Assembly: GCA_022820995.1 (NCBI GenBank) | Contig: JAJEEM010000059.1 | Span: forward strand, 71,677 to 135,676 | Reading direction: 5' to 3' | Length of the DNA: 64,000 nt | Origin: Gemmatimonadota bacterium | GTDB lineage: Bacteria; Gemmatimonadota; Gemmatimonadetes; Palauibacterales; Palauibacteraceae | Shown here: piece after piece, positions 27,867 through 37,162 of the stretch | Numbering within the stretch: the first letter of the stretch is position 1 | How the letters are laid out: each line of letters starts with the position of its first letter | The notes under the pieces: model-generated | What the model saw: only the letters and a program-made list of their open reading frames with translations | What the model was told of the DNA's origin: nothing | Database searches by the model: none | Position numbers and translations under genes: made by a program

Positions 27867-28454
27867 ATGCTCCCCACACGGGATGAAGCGCTCGCGATCG
27901 TCCACGAATACACCGAGAGCCCCGGGCTCCGGCGCCACATGCTGGCGGTGGAGGCCGCCATGCGCGCCTACGCGAGAAAGTACGGCGAGGACGAGGATCG
28001 CTGGGGCGTGGCGGGACTGCTGCACGACTTCGACTACGAGCGCTGGCCCAACCACGACCACGCGCCCGATTCGGAGCACCCCTCGACCGGGGTCGCCATC
28101 CTCCGCGAGAAGGGGGTGGACGAGGACATCCTCGAGACGATCATGGCCCACGCGGACTACACGGATGTCGAGGCGACGACGCTGATGTCGAAGACGCTCC
28201 GGGCCGTGGACGAACTCACCGGCTTCATCACCGCCTGTGCCCTCGTGCGGCCGACGCGGCTCGCCGGCATGAAGACCAGGTCCGTGAGAAAGAAGATGAA
28301 GGACAAGGCGTTCGCCGCCGCCGTGAGCCGCGACGAAATGACCGAGAATTGCGCGGAACTCGGCGAGGACATGGGCGAGCACATCGCCTTCGTCATCGCC
28401 GCCATGCAGCTTGCGGCGGAAGATCTCGGCCTGAACGGCCCCGCCGCGGGCTGA
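27867..28454 (+). CDS. HD-domain phosphohydrolase
   Basis: HMLAVEAAMRAYA...GLLHDFDYE = H...HD motif. Confidence 0.7.
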   Translation: MLPTRDEALAIVHEYTESPGLRRHMLAVEAAMRAYARKYGEDEDRWGVAGLLHDFDYERWPNHDHAPDSEHPSTGVAILREKGVDEDILETIMAHADYTDVEATTLMSKTLRAVDELTGFITACALVRPTRLAGMKTRSVRKKMKDKAFAAAVSRDEMTENCAELGEDMGEHIAFVIAAMQLAAEDLGLNGPAAG

Positions 28455-28495
28455 ACCGGCGTGAAGACCGCCGCCCGATTCGGAGGGACTCGAGC

Positions 28496-28615
28496 ATGAC
28501 CACGACGACGATCGTCATGATGATCCTCATCCTCGGATTCGTCTGGGGAGGACTCGCCGTCCTGGCGTCGGTCGCCTGGCGCAAGGAAGGCGCCAAGCGA
28601 GGCGGAGGGAGCTAG
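28496..28615 (+). CDS. small (39-aa) single-TM hydrophobic protein
   Basis: MTTTTIVMMILILGFVWGGLAVLASVAWRKEGAKRGGGS; GGAGGG SD 9-14 nt upstream of ATG. Confidence 0.35.
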   Translation: MTTTTIVMMILILGFVWGGLAVLASVAWRKEGAKRGGGS

Positions 28616-28633
28616 GCGAATGGGCCGCCCGCA

Positions 28634-29404
28634 ATGAGGGAGAGGCGCCACGGGGGACGGATCCTCCTGGTGACGCTGGCCGCGCTGGCGGTCGGGTCGT
28701 GCTTCCTCCCCATCCCGCGCGCGATGCGCCCGCCCGAGGCGGTCGTCTCCGACTCGGCGGCCGCGGAGGCCGCGCGACAGGATTCGACCGCGAGGGCCGA
28801 GCAGGCCGCAGCCGCCCGACGCGACTCCATCCTCGCCGCGGAGCGGGAGGCCGCGCGGCAGGATTCGATCGCGAGGGCAGAGCGGGAGGCCGCACGACAG
28901 GACTCGATCGCGAGGGCCGCCGCGCGCCGGGACTCCATCCTCGCCGCGGAGCGGGAAGCCGCGCGACAGGACTCGCTGGAGGCGGCCCGGCGCGACTCGC
29001 TGGTCGCGGCCGCGCGACGCGACTCGATCGCCAGCATCGAGGCGGCCCGGGCCGCGGCCGCGGCGGAGCTGGCGCAGCTCCGCGAATCGGGCCCCGTGTT
29101 CGTCGCCCACGATGAGGCGCCCCGCCTCGTGTGGGACACCGAGGCCGAGGCCGCACTCGCCACGACGCTGCTACCCGTGATCCGGGGCGAGGGGCTCGAC
29201 CCGAACATCGCGGCCTCCATCTGGCTTCTCGTTCGGACCGATGGAAGGGTCGAGGCGACCGCGATCCAAACCTCGTCCGGCGACGCGGCCTTCGACGCGG
29301 CGGCCGTGCGGGCGGCCCGCGGACTGCTCTTTGCCCCCGCCCTCCGCGGCGGGCGCGTGGCGCCCGTCTGGGTCCTGCGCCAAATCTCGCTCCTCATGCG
29401 GTAG
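28634..29404 (+). CDS. TonB C-terminal-domain family protein with imperfect 13-aa tandem repeats; lipoprotein-like signal
   Basis: LAALAVGSC; repeats (E/A)REAARQDSIARA x~6 (DNA 28790..29050); C-terminal ...RGGRVAPVWVLRQISL TonB_C-like. Confidence 0.55.
   Translation: MRERRHGGRILLVTLAALAVGSCFLPIPRAMRPPEAVVSDSAAAEAARQDSTARAEQAAAARRDSILAAEREAARQDSIARAEREAARQDSIARAAARRDSILAAEREAARQDSLEAARRDSLVAAARRDSIASIEAARAAAAAELAQLRESGPVFVAHDEAPRLVWDTEAEAALATTLLPVIRGEGLDPNIAASIWLLVRTDGRVEATAIQTSSGDAAFDAAAVRAARGLLFAPALRGGRVAPVWVLRQISLLMR
28790..29050 (+). repeat. imperfect 39-nt tandem repeats inside TonB-like gene
   Basis: gagcgggaggccgcgcggcaggattcgatcgcgagggca-like units repeated ~6 times. Confidence 0.6.
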
Positions 29405-29470
29405 CCGCGATCTCTCCCCCCACCGCCGGGGGCTGCGATCCGCCGTCCGACCGAATAGCTTGCGCGCCCG

Positions 29471-32400
29471 ATGCCACGCCGCGACGACATCTCCTCGATT
29501 CTTCTCATAGGCTCCGGCCCGATCGTGATCGGCCAGGCCTGCGAGTTCGACTACTCCGGGACGCAGGCCTGCCGGGCGCTCCGCGAGGAGGGATATCGAG
29601 TCATCCTCGTGAACTCGAATCCCGCCACCATCATGACGGACCCGGACATTGCCGACGCGACCTACATCGAGCCGCTGACGGCCGACTGGGTCGCGCGGGT
29701 CATCGAGGTCGAGAAACCCGACGCGCTCATCCCGACGATGGGCGGCCAGACGGCGCTCAACGTCGCGCTCGAACTCGCGGAACGCGGGGTCCTCGACGAG
29801 CACGGCGTGGAGCTGATCGGCGCCGACGTCCGGGCGATTCAACTCGCCGAGGACCGCGAGCAGTTCGCCGAAGCCATGGAGCGGATCGGCCTCGCGCTGC
29901 CCCCCGGCGGCTTCGCCCGCTCGCTCGACGAGGCCCTCGCGCTCGTCGAGAACACGGGATTCCCCGCCATCATCCGGCCGTCCTTCACCCTCGGCGGCAC
30001 CGGCGGCAGCACCGCCTACAACCGCGAGGAGTTCGAGGACCTCGTCCGCTCCGGCATCCGCTCCTCGCCGATCGGAGAGGTGCTCATAGACAAGAGCATC
30101 ATCGGCTGGAAGGAGTTCGAACTCGAGGTGATGCGGGACCGGGCGGACAACGTCGTCATCGTCTGCTCGATCGAGAATTTCGACGCGATGGGCGTCCACA
30201 CGGGCGATTCGATCACCGTCGCGCCGGCGCTCACGCTCTCGGACCGCGAGTACCAGGCGATGCGCGACGCGGCGATCGCCTGCATCCGCGAGATCGGCGT
30301 GGACGCCGGCGGCTGCAACATCCAGTTCGCCGTGCATCCGACGACGGGCGAGATGCTCGTCATCGAGATGAACCCGAGGGTGTCCCGGAGTTCGGCGCTC
30401 GCGTCCAAGGCGACCGGCTTCCCGATCGCCCGCATCGGCGCCAAGCTCGCCGTCGGGTACCGCCTCGACGAGATCCCGAACGCGATCACGCAGGTGACGC
30501 CCTCCTGCTTCGAGCCGGTGCTCGACTACATGGTCGTGAAGATCCCGCGCTTCGCGTTCGAGAAGTTCCCGAAGGCCGACGCGACGCTCGGCGTGCAGAT
30601 GAAGGCCGTGGGCGAGGTGATGGCGATCGGCCGCACCTTCCAGCAGGCGTGGCTGAAGGGCTTCCGCGCGCTCGAGAACGGCCGGTCGGGGTGGCTGCCG
30701 GACCCGGACCCGGACGCGGACCGCCTCGAGGACGATGCCGTCGACACGGTGCGGGCCGCGATCCGCACCGCGACGCCGGAACGCCCCTTCCAGCTTTATC
30801 GCGCCTTCCAGGCGGGTCTCTCCGTGGACGAGATCAACCGGATCACCGGAATCGACCCCTGGTTCCTCTCCCAGCTCGAGGAACTCGTGCGCGAGGGCCA
30901 GGCCTTCGCGGCGGCCGCGGAGGTCACGCCCGGCGACGTCGAACGGTTGAAGCGCATCGGCTTCGGCGACGCGGAGCTGGGACAGTTGCGCGGGATTCCG
31001 GAGGCCGAGGTGCGCGAGGTGCGCCAGGCCGCCGGTCTCCGGCCCGTCTACAAGACGGTCGACACCTGCGCGGGCGAATTTCCCGCCGCCACCCCGTACC
31101 TCTACTCGACCTGGGAGGACGAGAACGAATCCGAGCGCTCGGACCGGCGAAAGATCATCATCCTCGGCAGCGGCCCGAACCGCATCGGACAGGGCATCGA
31201 ATTCGACTACTGCTGCGTTTCGGCCTCGCTCGCGCTGCGCGACGAGGGGTTCGAGACGATCATGATCAACTCGAATCCCGAGACCGTCTCCACCGACTTC
31301 GACATCTCGAACAAGCTCTACTTCGAGCCGCTCACGGTGGAGGACGTGCTCGCGATCGTGGAGCAGGAGGAGCCGGAGGGCGTCATCGTCCAGTTCGGGG
31401 GACAGACGCCGCTGACGATCGCGCGCAAACTCGAGCAACTCGGCGTCCCCATCCTCGGGACGAGCGTGGAGTCGATCGACCGCACCGAGGACCGCCGCCG
31501 CTTCGACGAACTCTGCCGTGAGCTCGGGGTTCCGATGCCGCCGGGCGGAACCGCGACGAGCATCGAGGAGGCGCTGGCGATCGCGGAGGAGATCGGGTAT
31601 CCCGTCCTCGTCCGGCCCAGCTACGTGCTCGGCGGCCGCGCCATGGAGATCGTCTACGACCCGGTCTCGCTGCGGGAGTACTTCGCGCGCGCGGTACAGG
31701 CCTCGCCGGAACACCCCGTGCTCCTGGACCGGTTCCTCGAGGACGCGTGGGAAGCGGATGTCGACGCGGTGTGCGACGGGGAGACAGTCCTGATCGGCGG
31801 GATCATGGAGCACATCGAGGAGGCGGGCATCCACTCGGGCGACTCGGCCTGCGTCCTGCCGCCCTACCTCCTGCGAGACGTCGACATGGAGGCGATGCGC
31901 CGCTTCACGCGGGACTTCGCGCGGGCGCTGGACGTCCGGGGGCTCATCAACGTGCAGTTCGCCGTGCACGACAAGACGGTCTACGTGCTCGAGGTGAATC
32001 CGCGGGCGAGCCGCACGGTGCCGTTCGTCAGCAAGGCGACGGGGGTCCCGCTCGCGCGGGTCGCGGCGCGCGTGCTCGCCGGCGTGAAGCTCGCCGACCT
32101 CGGACTCGGGGACGAACTCGTCCCGCACCAGGTCTCCGTGAAGGAAGCCGTGCTCCCCTTCGACAAGATCCCGGATGCGGACACCGTGCTCGGGCCGGAG
32201 ATGCGTTCGACCGGCGAGGTCATGGGATACGCGGACAGCTTCGGGCTCGCGTTCGCGAAGTCGCAGATCTCCGTCTACCAGGGGCTGCCGACGGAGGGGG
32301 CCGTCGCGATCACCGTGCACGACCAGGACAAGCCGAACATGGTGCCGGTCGCGCGCCGCTTCCACGAACTCGGCTTCACGGTCCTCGCCACGGAAGGGAC

Positions 32401-32734
32401 GGCGAGGTACCTGCGCGGCCGCGGCGTTCCGTGCGAGCGCATCCTCAAGGTGCACGAGGGGCGTCCGAACCTCCTCGACCGCATCGTCTCGGGCGAGGTG
32501 CAACTTCTCCTGAACACCCCGCTCGGCAAGCACGCCCAGTACGACGACTACATGATCCGCCGCGCCGCGGTCTCCCGCCGCGTGCCGTACACGACGACGC
32601 TCTCCGCGGCATCGGCGGCCGCCGATGCGATCATCGCCCTCCGCCACCGCCGGCACACGGTCCACAGCCTCCAGGCGCGGGATGTCGTCGAGGTCGAAGC
32701 GGACCGGCTCACGAGGACCGCCGGCTCCGTCTGA
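29471..32734 (+). CDS. carB: carbamoyl-phosphate synthase large subunit
   Basis: [49 protein letters not shown]... and duplicated ATP-grasp halves; 1087 aa. Confidence 0.95.
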   Translation: MPRRDDISSILLIGSGPIVIGQACEFDYSGTQACRALREEGYRVILVNSNPATIMTDPDIADATYIEPLTADWVARVIEVEKPDALIPTMGGQTALNVALELAERGVLDEHGVELIGADVRAIQLAEDREQFAEAMERIGLALPPGGFARSLDEALALVENTGFPAIIRPSFTLGGTGGSTAYNREEFEDLVRSGIRSSPIGEVLIDKSIIGWKEFELEVMRDRADNVVIVCSIENFDAMGVHTGDSITVAPALTLSDREYQAMRDAAIACIREIGVDAGGCNIQFAVHPTTGEMLVIEMNPRVSRSSALASKATGFPIARIGAKLAVGYRLDEIPNAITQVTPSCFEPVLDYMVVKIPRFAFEKFPKADATLGVQMKAVGEVMAIGRTFQQAWLKGFRALENGRSGWLPDPDPDADRLEDDAVDTVRAAIRTATPERPFQLYRAFQAGLSVDEINRITGIDPWFLSQLEELVREGQAFAAAAEVTPGDVERLKRIGFGDAELGQLRGIPEAEVREVRQAAGLRPVYKTVDTCAGEFPAATPYLYSTWEDENESERSDRRKIIILGSGPNRIGQGIEFDYCCVSASLALRDEGFETIMINSNPETVSTDFDISNKLYFEPLTVEDVLAIVEQEEPEGVIVQFGGQTPLTIARKLEQLGVPILGTSVESIDRTEDRRRFDELCRELGVPMPPGGTATSIEEALAIAEEIGYPVLVRPSYVLGGRAMEIVYDPVSLREYFARAVQASPEHPVLLDRFLEDAWEADVDAVCDGETVLIGGIMEHIEEAGIHSGDSACVLPPYLLRDVDMEAMRRFTRDFARALDVRGLINVQFAVHDKTVYVLEVNPRASRTVPFVSKATGVPLARVAARVLAGVKLADLGLGDELVPHQVSVKEAVLPFDKIPDADTVLGPEMRSTGEVMGYADSFGLAFAKSQISVYQGLPTEGAVAITVHDQDKPNMVPVARRFHELGFTVLATEGTARYLRGRGVPCERILKVHEGRPNLLDRIVSGEVQLLLNTPLGKHAQYDDYMIRRAAVSRRVPYTTTLSAASAAADAIIALRHRRHTVHSLQARDVVEVEADRLTRTAGSV

Positions 32735-32861
32735 CGTTTCCGCGGGAACGTCTCTTCGGGCGGACGTCCCACTTTCCCGCGGGGGTCGCCCCCGCTTATC
32801 CTGCGAGGCTCTTTCGCCGTCCGGTCCCCTTCGTTCCGGCGTCTCAAAAGGCAAGATTTCA

Positions 32862-34475
32862 ATGGGTAAAATGGAAAAGCGAACACTGGCCGCCGCGCTC
32901 GTCGCCCTTCTCGCCGCCCCAACGGCCCTCGCGGCCGCACAGGGCCTCTCCGACGATGAACTCGCGCCCCTCGTGGCCCGCGTGGAAGAGGGCGTACTCG
33001 AGCGCGCCAAGCTCGCCCAGGTCATGGTCGACAAGATCTTCTCCTTCTCCGAACTGGGGCAGCAGGAGATCGAGACCTCGGCCTACATCACCGGGATCCT
33101 GGAGGAGAACGGCTTCACCGTCGAGTACGCGCCCTCGGGCATCCCGACCGCCTGGTTCGCGCGCTGGGGCAGCGGCTCGCCGGTCATCTCCTTCGGCTCC
33201 GACATCGATGGAATCCCGAAGGCCAACCAGAAGCCCGGCGTCGCCTATCACGATCCCCTGATTCCGGGCGCGCCCGGCCACGGCGAGGGTCACAACTCCG
33301 GGCAGGCCGTGAACGTCGTGGCCGCGCTCGCGCTGAAGGACGTCATGGAGGCCGAGGGCATCGGGGGCACGCTCGTGCTCTGGCCCGGGGTCGCCGAGGA
33401 GCAGCTGGGCTCCAAGGCCTGGTACGTGCGGGACGGCTATCTGGAGGACATCGACATCACCCTCTTCACGCACGTGAGCAGCAACCTGTCGGTGAGTTGG
33501 GGCCAGGGCAGCGGCACCGGGCTCGTATCCGTGGAGTTCACTTTCGAGGGCGAGGCCGCCCACGGCGCGGGCGCTCCGTGGCGGGGCCGCAGCGCGCTCG
33601 ACGCGGTCGAATTGATGAACGTCGCCTGGAACTTCCGGCGCGAGCACCTGCGGCCCGACCAGCGCTCCCACTACGTGATCAGCGACGGCGGCGACCAGCC
33701 GAACGTCGTGCCGCCGAGCGCTTCGGTATGGTACTTCATCCGCGAAATGGACTACGAGGACATCAAGCGCAACTTCGACACGGCCATCCGCATCGCGGAG
33801 GGCGCGGCCCTGATGACCGACACCGAGATGTCGTACCGGATCATCGGCGCCGCCTGGCCGCGACACTTCAACAAGGTCGTGGCCGAGACGATGCACGGAC
33901 ACATCGAGGATGTCGGGCTTCCGGAGTGGACCGACGACGACCACGACTTCGCGAGCGCCGTGCAGGAATCGGTGGGGAGCGTCCCATCGGGGATGCCCAT
34001 CGCGCTCTCGCCCCTGGGGGAGCCGGGCCCGCGCCGGAGCGGCGGATCCGACGACATCGGCGACATCTCGTGGAACGTGCCCACGGTGACGCTGCGCTTC
34101 CCGTCGAACGTGCCGGGACTTCCGGGTCACCACTGGTCGAGCGCCATGGCGATGGCGACCCCCATCGCGCACAAGGGCGCGGTCGCCGGCGCGCGCGTCA
34201 TGGCGCGCACGGCGCTCCAGCTCTTCGCGCAGCCGGAACTCGTCGACGACGCGTGGACCTACTTCCGGGAGGAACAGACCTCCGCCATGGAGTATGTCCC
34301 CTTCATCGGCCCGGACGACCCGCCCCCGATCGATCTCAACCGGGCGATCATGGACACCTTCCGTCCGCTCCTCGAACCGTTTTATTATGACGAGACGCGC
34401 TTCGACACGTATCTTGACCAGTTGGGGATCAAGTACCCGACGCTCTCGCGTCCAGCTTCCGAGGATGACCGATGA
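32862..34475 (+). CDS. M20D-family amidohydrolase (AbgB-like) with signal peptide
   Basis: MGKMEKRTLAAALVALLAAPTALAAAQG; GHGEGHNSG, ...; AT-rich start region. Confidence 0.7.
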   Translation: MGKMEKRTLAAALVALLAAPTALAAAQGLSDDELAPLVARVEEGVLERAKLAQVMVDKIFSFSELGQQEIETSAYITGILEENGFTVEYAPSGIPTAWFARWGSGSPVISFGSDIDGIPKANQKPGVAYHDPLIPGAPGHGEGHNSGQAVNVVAALALKDVMEAEGIGGTLVLWPGVAEEQLGSKAWYVRDGYLEDIDITLFTHVSSNLSVSWGQGSGTGLVSVEFTFEGEAAHGAGAPWRGRSALDAVELMNVAWNFRREHLRPDQRSHYVISDGGDQPNVVPPSASVWYFIREMDYEDIKRNFDTAIRIAEGAALMTDTEMSYRIIGAAWPRHFNKVVAETMHGHIEDVGLPEWTDDDHDFASAVQESVGSVPSGMPIALSPLGEPGPRRSGGSDDIGDISWNVPTVTLRFPSNVPGLPGHHWSSAMAMATPIAHKGAVAGARVMARTALQLFAQPELVDDAWTYFREEQTSAMEYVPFIGPDDPPPIDLNRAIMDTFRPLLEPFYYDETRFDTYLDQLGIKYPTLSRPASEDDR

Positions 34476-34972
34476 TCGACGCCAGCCGCAGGCTTCTCAC
34501 CGCAGCCGCCGCCATGGTGCTCGTGGTGACCCTCACCGGCGCGGGCGGCCTCCCCGAGATGGCCGCCGAGCCCCCGGTCGACGCGCCGCCGGCCGCATCG
34601 GCCGACGATGCCACCGAAGTGGGATGGCGCCTCCTGGCCAGCCTCGACTACAGGACCGGCGAGCCGAGCGAGGAGCTGGCGGCTCTGGCGGGCAAGCTCG
34701 TCAAGATCCCCGGATTTACGGTGCCGCTCGAAGACTGGGCGACCTCGGCAACCGAATTCCTCCTCGTGCCCTACGTCGGCGCCTGCATCCACACGCCGCC
34801 TCCCCCGCCCAACCAGCTCGTCTACATCGAGATGGATGAGGGCAAGCGGGCGAAGCTGGACGGGTGGAACGCGGTTTGGGTCGAGGGCGTGCTCGAGATC
34901 GAGATGACCGAGAGCGTGTACGGCTACGTCGGTTTCACCCTCTCCGGCCAGCGGGTCTATCCGTACGAGTAG
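34472..34972 (+). CDS. DUF3299-family periplasmic protein
   Basis: EFLLVPYVGACIHTPPPPPNQLVYIEMDEG = DUF3299 hallmark; overlaps upstream gene by 4 nt. Confidence 0.65.
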   Translation: MIDASRRLLTAAAAMVLVVTLTGAGGLPEMAAEPPVDAPPAASADDATEVGWRLLASLDYRTGEPSEELAALAGKLVKIPGFTVPLEDWATSATEFLLVPYVGACIHTPPPPPNQLVYIEMDEGKRAKLDGWNAVWVEGVLEIEMTESVYGYVGFTLSGQRVYPYE

Positions 34973-35100
34973 TCCCGTTCCGCGATGCGGCCACTCGCAT
35001 GCACCGAGCGCGCCCTGGCAGCCCGTGGAAAAACCCTGCTGCGTTCGAGCGGCGGTGCATTTCGCCTGAATCGCTGCGCTCTGCCGGGAGATGCCGATAG

Positions 35101-35784
35101 GTGAGCCTCGCCATCGACCTCCGACGCCTGCGCTTCCGCTACGGCGGGGGCCCCTGGGTGCTCGACATCCCCGAACTCACCCTCGAGCGGAGGGCGCGCG
35201 CCTTCCTCTTCGGTCCGAGCGGGAGCGGCAAGACCACGCTGCTCGGCGTGCTCGCGGGGGTCCTGGAAGCGGAGGAAGGCGAAGTCAGGGTGCTCGGCAA
35301 GGACCTCGCGTCGCTCTCGGGGGCGCAGCGGGACGCCTTCCGGGCCGAGCACATCGGCTACGTCTTCCAGATGTTCAACCTCATCCCCTACCTGTCGGTG
35401 CTCGACAACATCGCGCTCCCCGCGCGCATGCACGCGGGGCGCCGGGCCCGGCTGGACGGGGCGGGCGTGAAGGAGACCGCCGCGCTGCTCGCCGACCACC
35501 TCCACATCGGCGATCTGCTGAAGAAGCCGGTGACGGAACTCTCGGTGGGCCAGCAGCAGCGCGTGGCCGCCTGCCGGGCCCTGATCGGGGCTCCGGAACT
35601 CATCGTCGCCGATGAACCGACGTCCTCCCTCGACTTCGACCGCCGCGAGGCCTTCCTCGAACTGCTCTTCCAGGAGTGCGAGCGCGCCGGGGCCACGCTG
35701 GTGTTCGTGAGCCACGACCGCACCCTGGAGGGCATGTTCTCCCGCACCATCTCGCTCCCCGACGTGAACAAGGCGGTGCTGTGA
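35101..35784 (+). CDS. ABC transporter ATP-binding protein (LolD/MacB-type)
   Basis: GPSGSGKTT (Walker A), LSVGQQQRVAACRAL (signature), LIVADEPTSSLD (Walker B). Confidence 0.9.
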   Translation: MSLAIDLRRLRFRYGGGPWVLDIPELTLERRARAFLFGPSGSGKTTLLGVLAGVLEAEEGEVRVLGKDLASLSGAQRDAFRAEHIGYVFQMFNLIPYLSVLDNIALPARMHAGRRARLDGAGVKETAALLADHLHIGDLLKKPVTELSVGQQQRVAACRALIGAPELIVADEPTSSLDFDRREAFLELLFQECERAGATLVFVSHDRTLEGMFSRTISLPDVNKAVL

Positions 35785-37049
35785 TGCTGGTTCTGGACCT
35801 CGCACTCAAGTCGCTCCGCAATCGCGCCTTCAGCACCTCGCTCACGGTGGGCTCCATCGCCCTGAGCGTCGCCCTCCTGATCGGCGTCGAGAACGTGCGC
35901 GTGGGCACGCGCGACAGCTTCTCCAACACCATCAGCCAGACCGATCTCATCGTGGGCGCCAAGGGGGGCACGATCCAGCTGCTCCTGTACTCCGTCTTCG
36001 GCATGGGAGCGCCGACGAACAATCTGTCCTGGGATACCTACCGCGAATGGGCCGAACACCCGGCCATCGAGTGGACCATTCCCTACGGCCTCGGCGACAG
36101 CCACAGAGGATTCCGGGTCATCGGCACCAACGAGGACTTCTATCGCCACTACAGGTATCGGGGGGGACAGGAGATCGCCCTGGCGGAGGGCCGTGCCGGC
36201 TCCGGGGTGTTCGATGTCACGCTGGGCGCGGATGTCGCGAGCGAACTGGGTTACGGGATCGGCGACGAGGTCGAGGTCACGCACGGGATCGGCGAAGTCG
36301 GCTTTCTGAACCACGATCACATGCACTTCGAGGTCGTGGGCATCCTCGACAAGACCTTCACGCCGGTCGACCGCGCGGTCTACGTCACCCTCGAGGGCAT
36401 CGAGGCCATCCACTTCGGATGGGAGGACGGCGCGCCCCCCATGCCCGGCGAAGAGCACACGCACGAGGAAGTGCTCGCGATGGATGAGATAGAGATCACC
36501 CAGGTGACGTCGTTCTTCGCGGGCGCGACGAACCGGAGGGACGTGCTCCGCCTGCAGCGCGAGATCAACGACTACGAAGACGAGCCCATGATGGCGGTCA
36601 TCCCCGGGGTGGCCCTGAACGAGATGTGGCAGGGGATCGGCTACGCCGAGACGGGGCTCCGGCTGGTGACCATCTTCGTCGTCCTGGTGGGATTGCTCGG
36701 CATGCTGGTCTCGCTCTACACCTCGCTCAACGAGCGCCGGCGGGAGATGGCGATCCTGCGCGCCGTCGGAGCCGGACCCAACCGGATCGTCGCCCTGCTC
36801 GTGCTCGAGTCGGTGTGCCTGGCCGCGGCGGGTGCGCTCTCGGGCCTCGCGCTCGTGTATGCGCTGCTCTCGGTCGGACAGCCCCTTGTCGAGGCGCAGG
36901 TCGGCCTTTTCATCCCGATCCGGCCGCCGGGCGTGATCGAACTGCTCCTCCTCTGCGCAGTCGTCACGGCCGGATTCCTGATGGGCTTTGTGCCCGCGCT
37001 CAAGGCCTACCGCACCGCCCTCCACGACGGGCTCGCCGTGCGCGTGTAG
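35784..37049 (+). CDS. FtsX-like ABC transporter permease (MacB/LolE-type)
   Basis: TGATG overlap with ATPase; N-terminal TM, periplasmic domain, C-terminal 3 TM (LVTIFVVLVGLLGMLVSLYTSLNERRREMAILRAVGA). Confidence 0.85.
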   Translation: MLVLDLALKSLRNRAFSTSLTVGSIALSVALLIGVENVRVGTRDSFSNTISQTDLIVGAKGGTIQLLLYSVFGMGAPTNNLSWDTYREWAEHPAIEWTIPYGLGDSHRGFRVIGTNEDFYRHYRYRGGQEIALAEGRAGSGVFDVTLGADVASELGYGIGDEVEVTHGIGEVGFLNHDHMHFEVVGILDKTFTPVDRAVYVTLEGIEAIHFGWEDGAPPMPGEEHTHEEVLAMDEIEITQVTSFFAGATNRRDVLRLQREINDYEDEPMMAVIPGVALNEMWQGIGYAETGLRLVTIFVVLVGLLGMLVSLYTSLNERRREMAILRAVGAGPNRIVALLVLESVCLAAAGALSGLALVYALLSVGQPLVEAQVGLFIPIRPPGVIELLLLCAVVTAGFLMGFVPALKAYRTALHDGLAVRV

Positions 37050-37086
37050 CCCGCGTCCCGGGCGTAGCAGGCGGCGTCCCGGGCGT

Positions 37087-37115
37087 TGCATATTTATTCA
37101 CCGCTGGGTATAATC
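37087..37115 (+). promoter_or_regulatory. near-consensus sigma70 promoter (TTGCAT-N17-TATAAT) overlapping ARG-box-like site (TGCATATTTATTCA) upstream of argG
   Basis: ttgcat 37087..37092, 17-nt spacer, tataat 37110..37115; ~48 nt upstream of argG ATG; AT-rich island in GC-rich DNA. Confidence 0.5.
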
Positions 37116-37162
37116 TCCCGCCTCTTGAGCGGTTTTCCCCCTGCCATTCTCAGGATCGACGC

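Noticed and set aside
28790-29050. Possible CRISPR-like regular repeats
   Set aside because: The repeats are coding, in frame and imperfect, without unique spacers. They are protein-level tandem repeats of a TonB-like linker.
29171-33034. 1287-aa ORF antisense to carB; likewise the long antisense ORFs 9132..11288, 449..2890, 14569..16062, 18373..19941, 46388..48751, 56582..58915, 61852..63096
   Set aside because: Stop-codon depletion in ~70% GC DNA creates long open frames opposite real genes. They have low-complexity Arg/Gly/Pro-rich translations and no motifs, and the sense strand carries unambiguous conserved enzymes.
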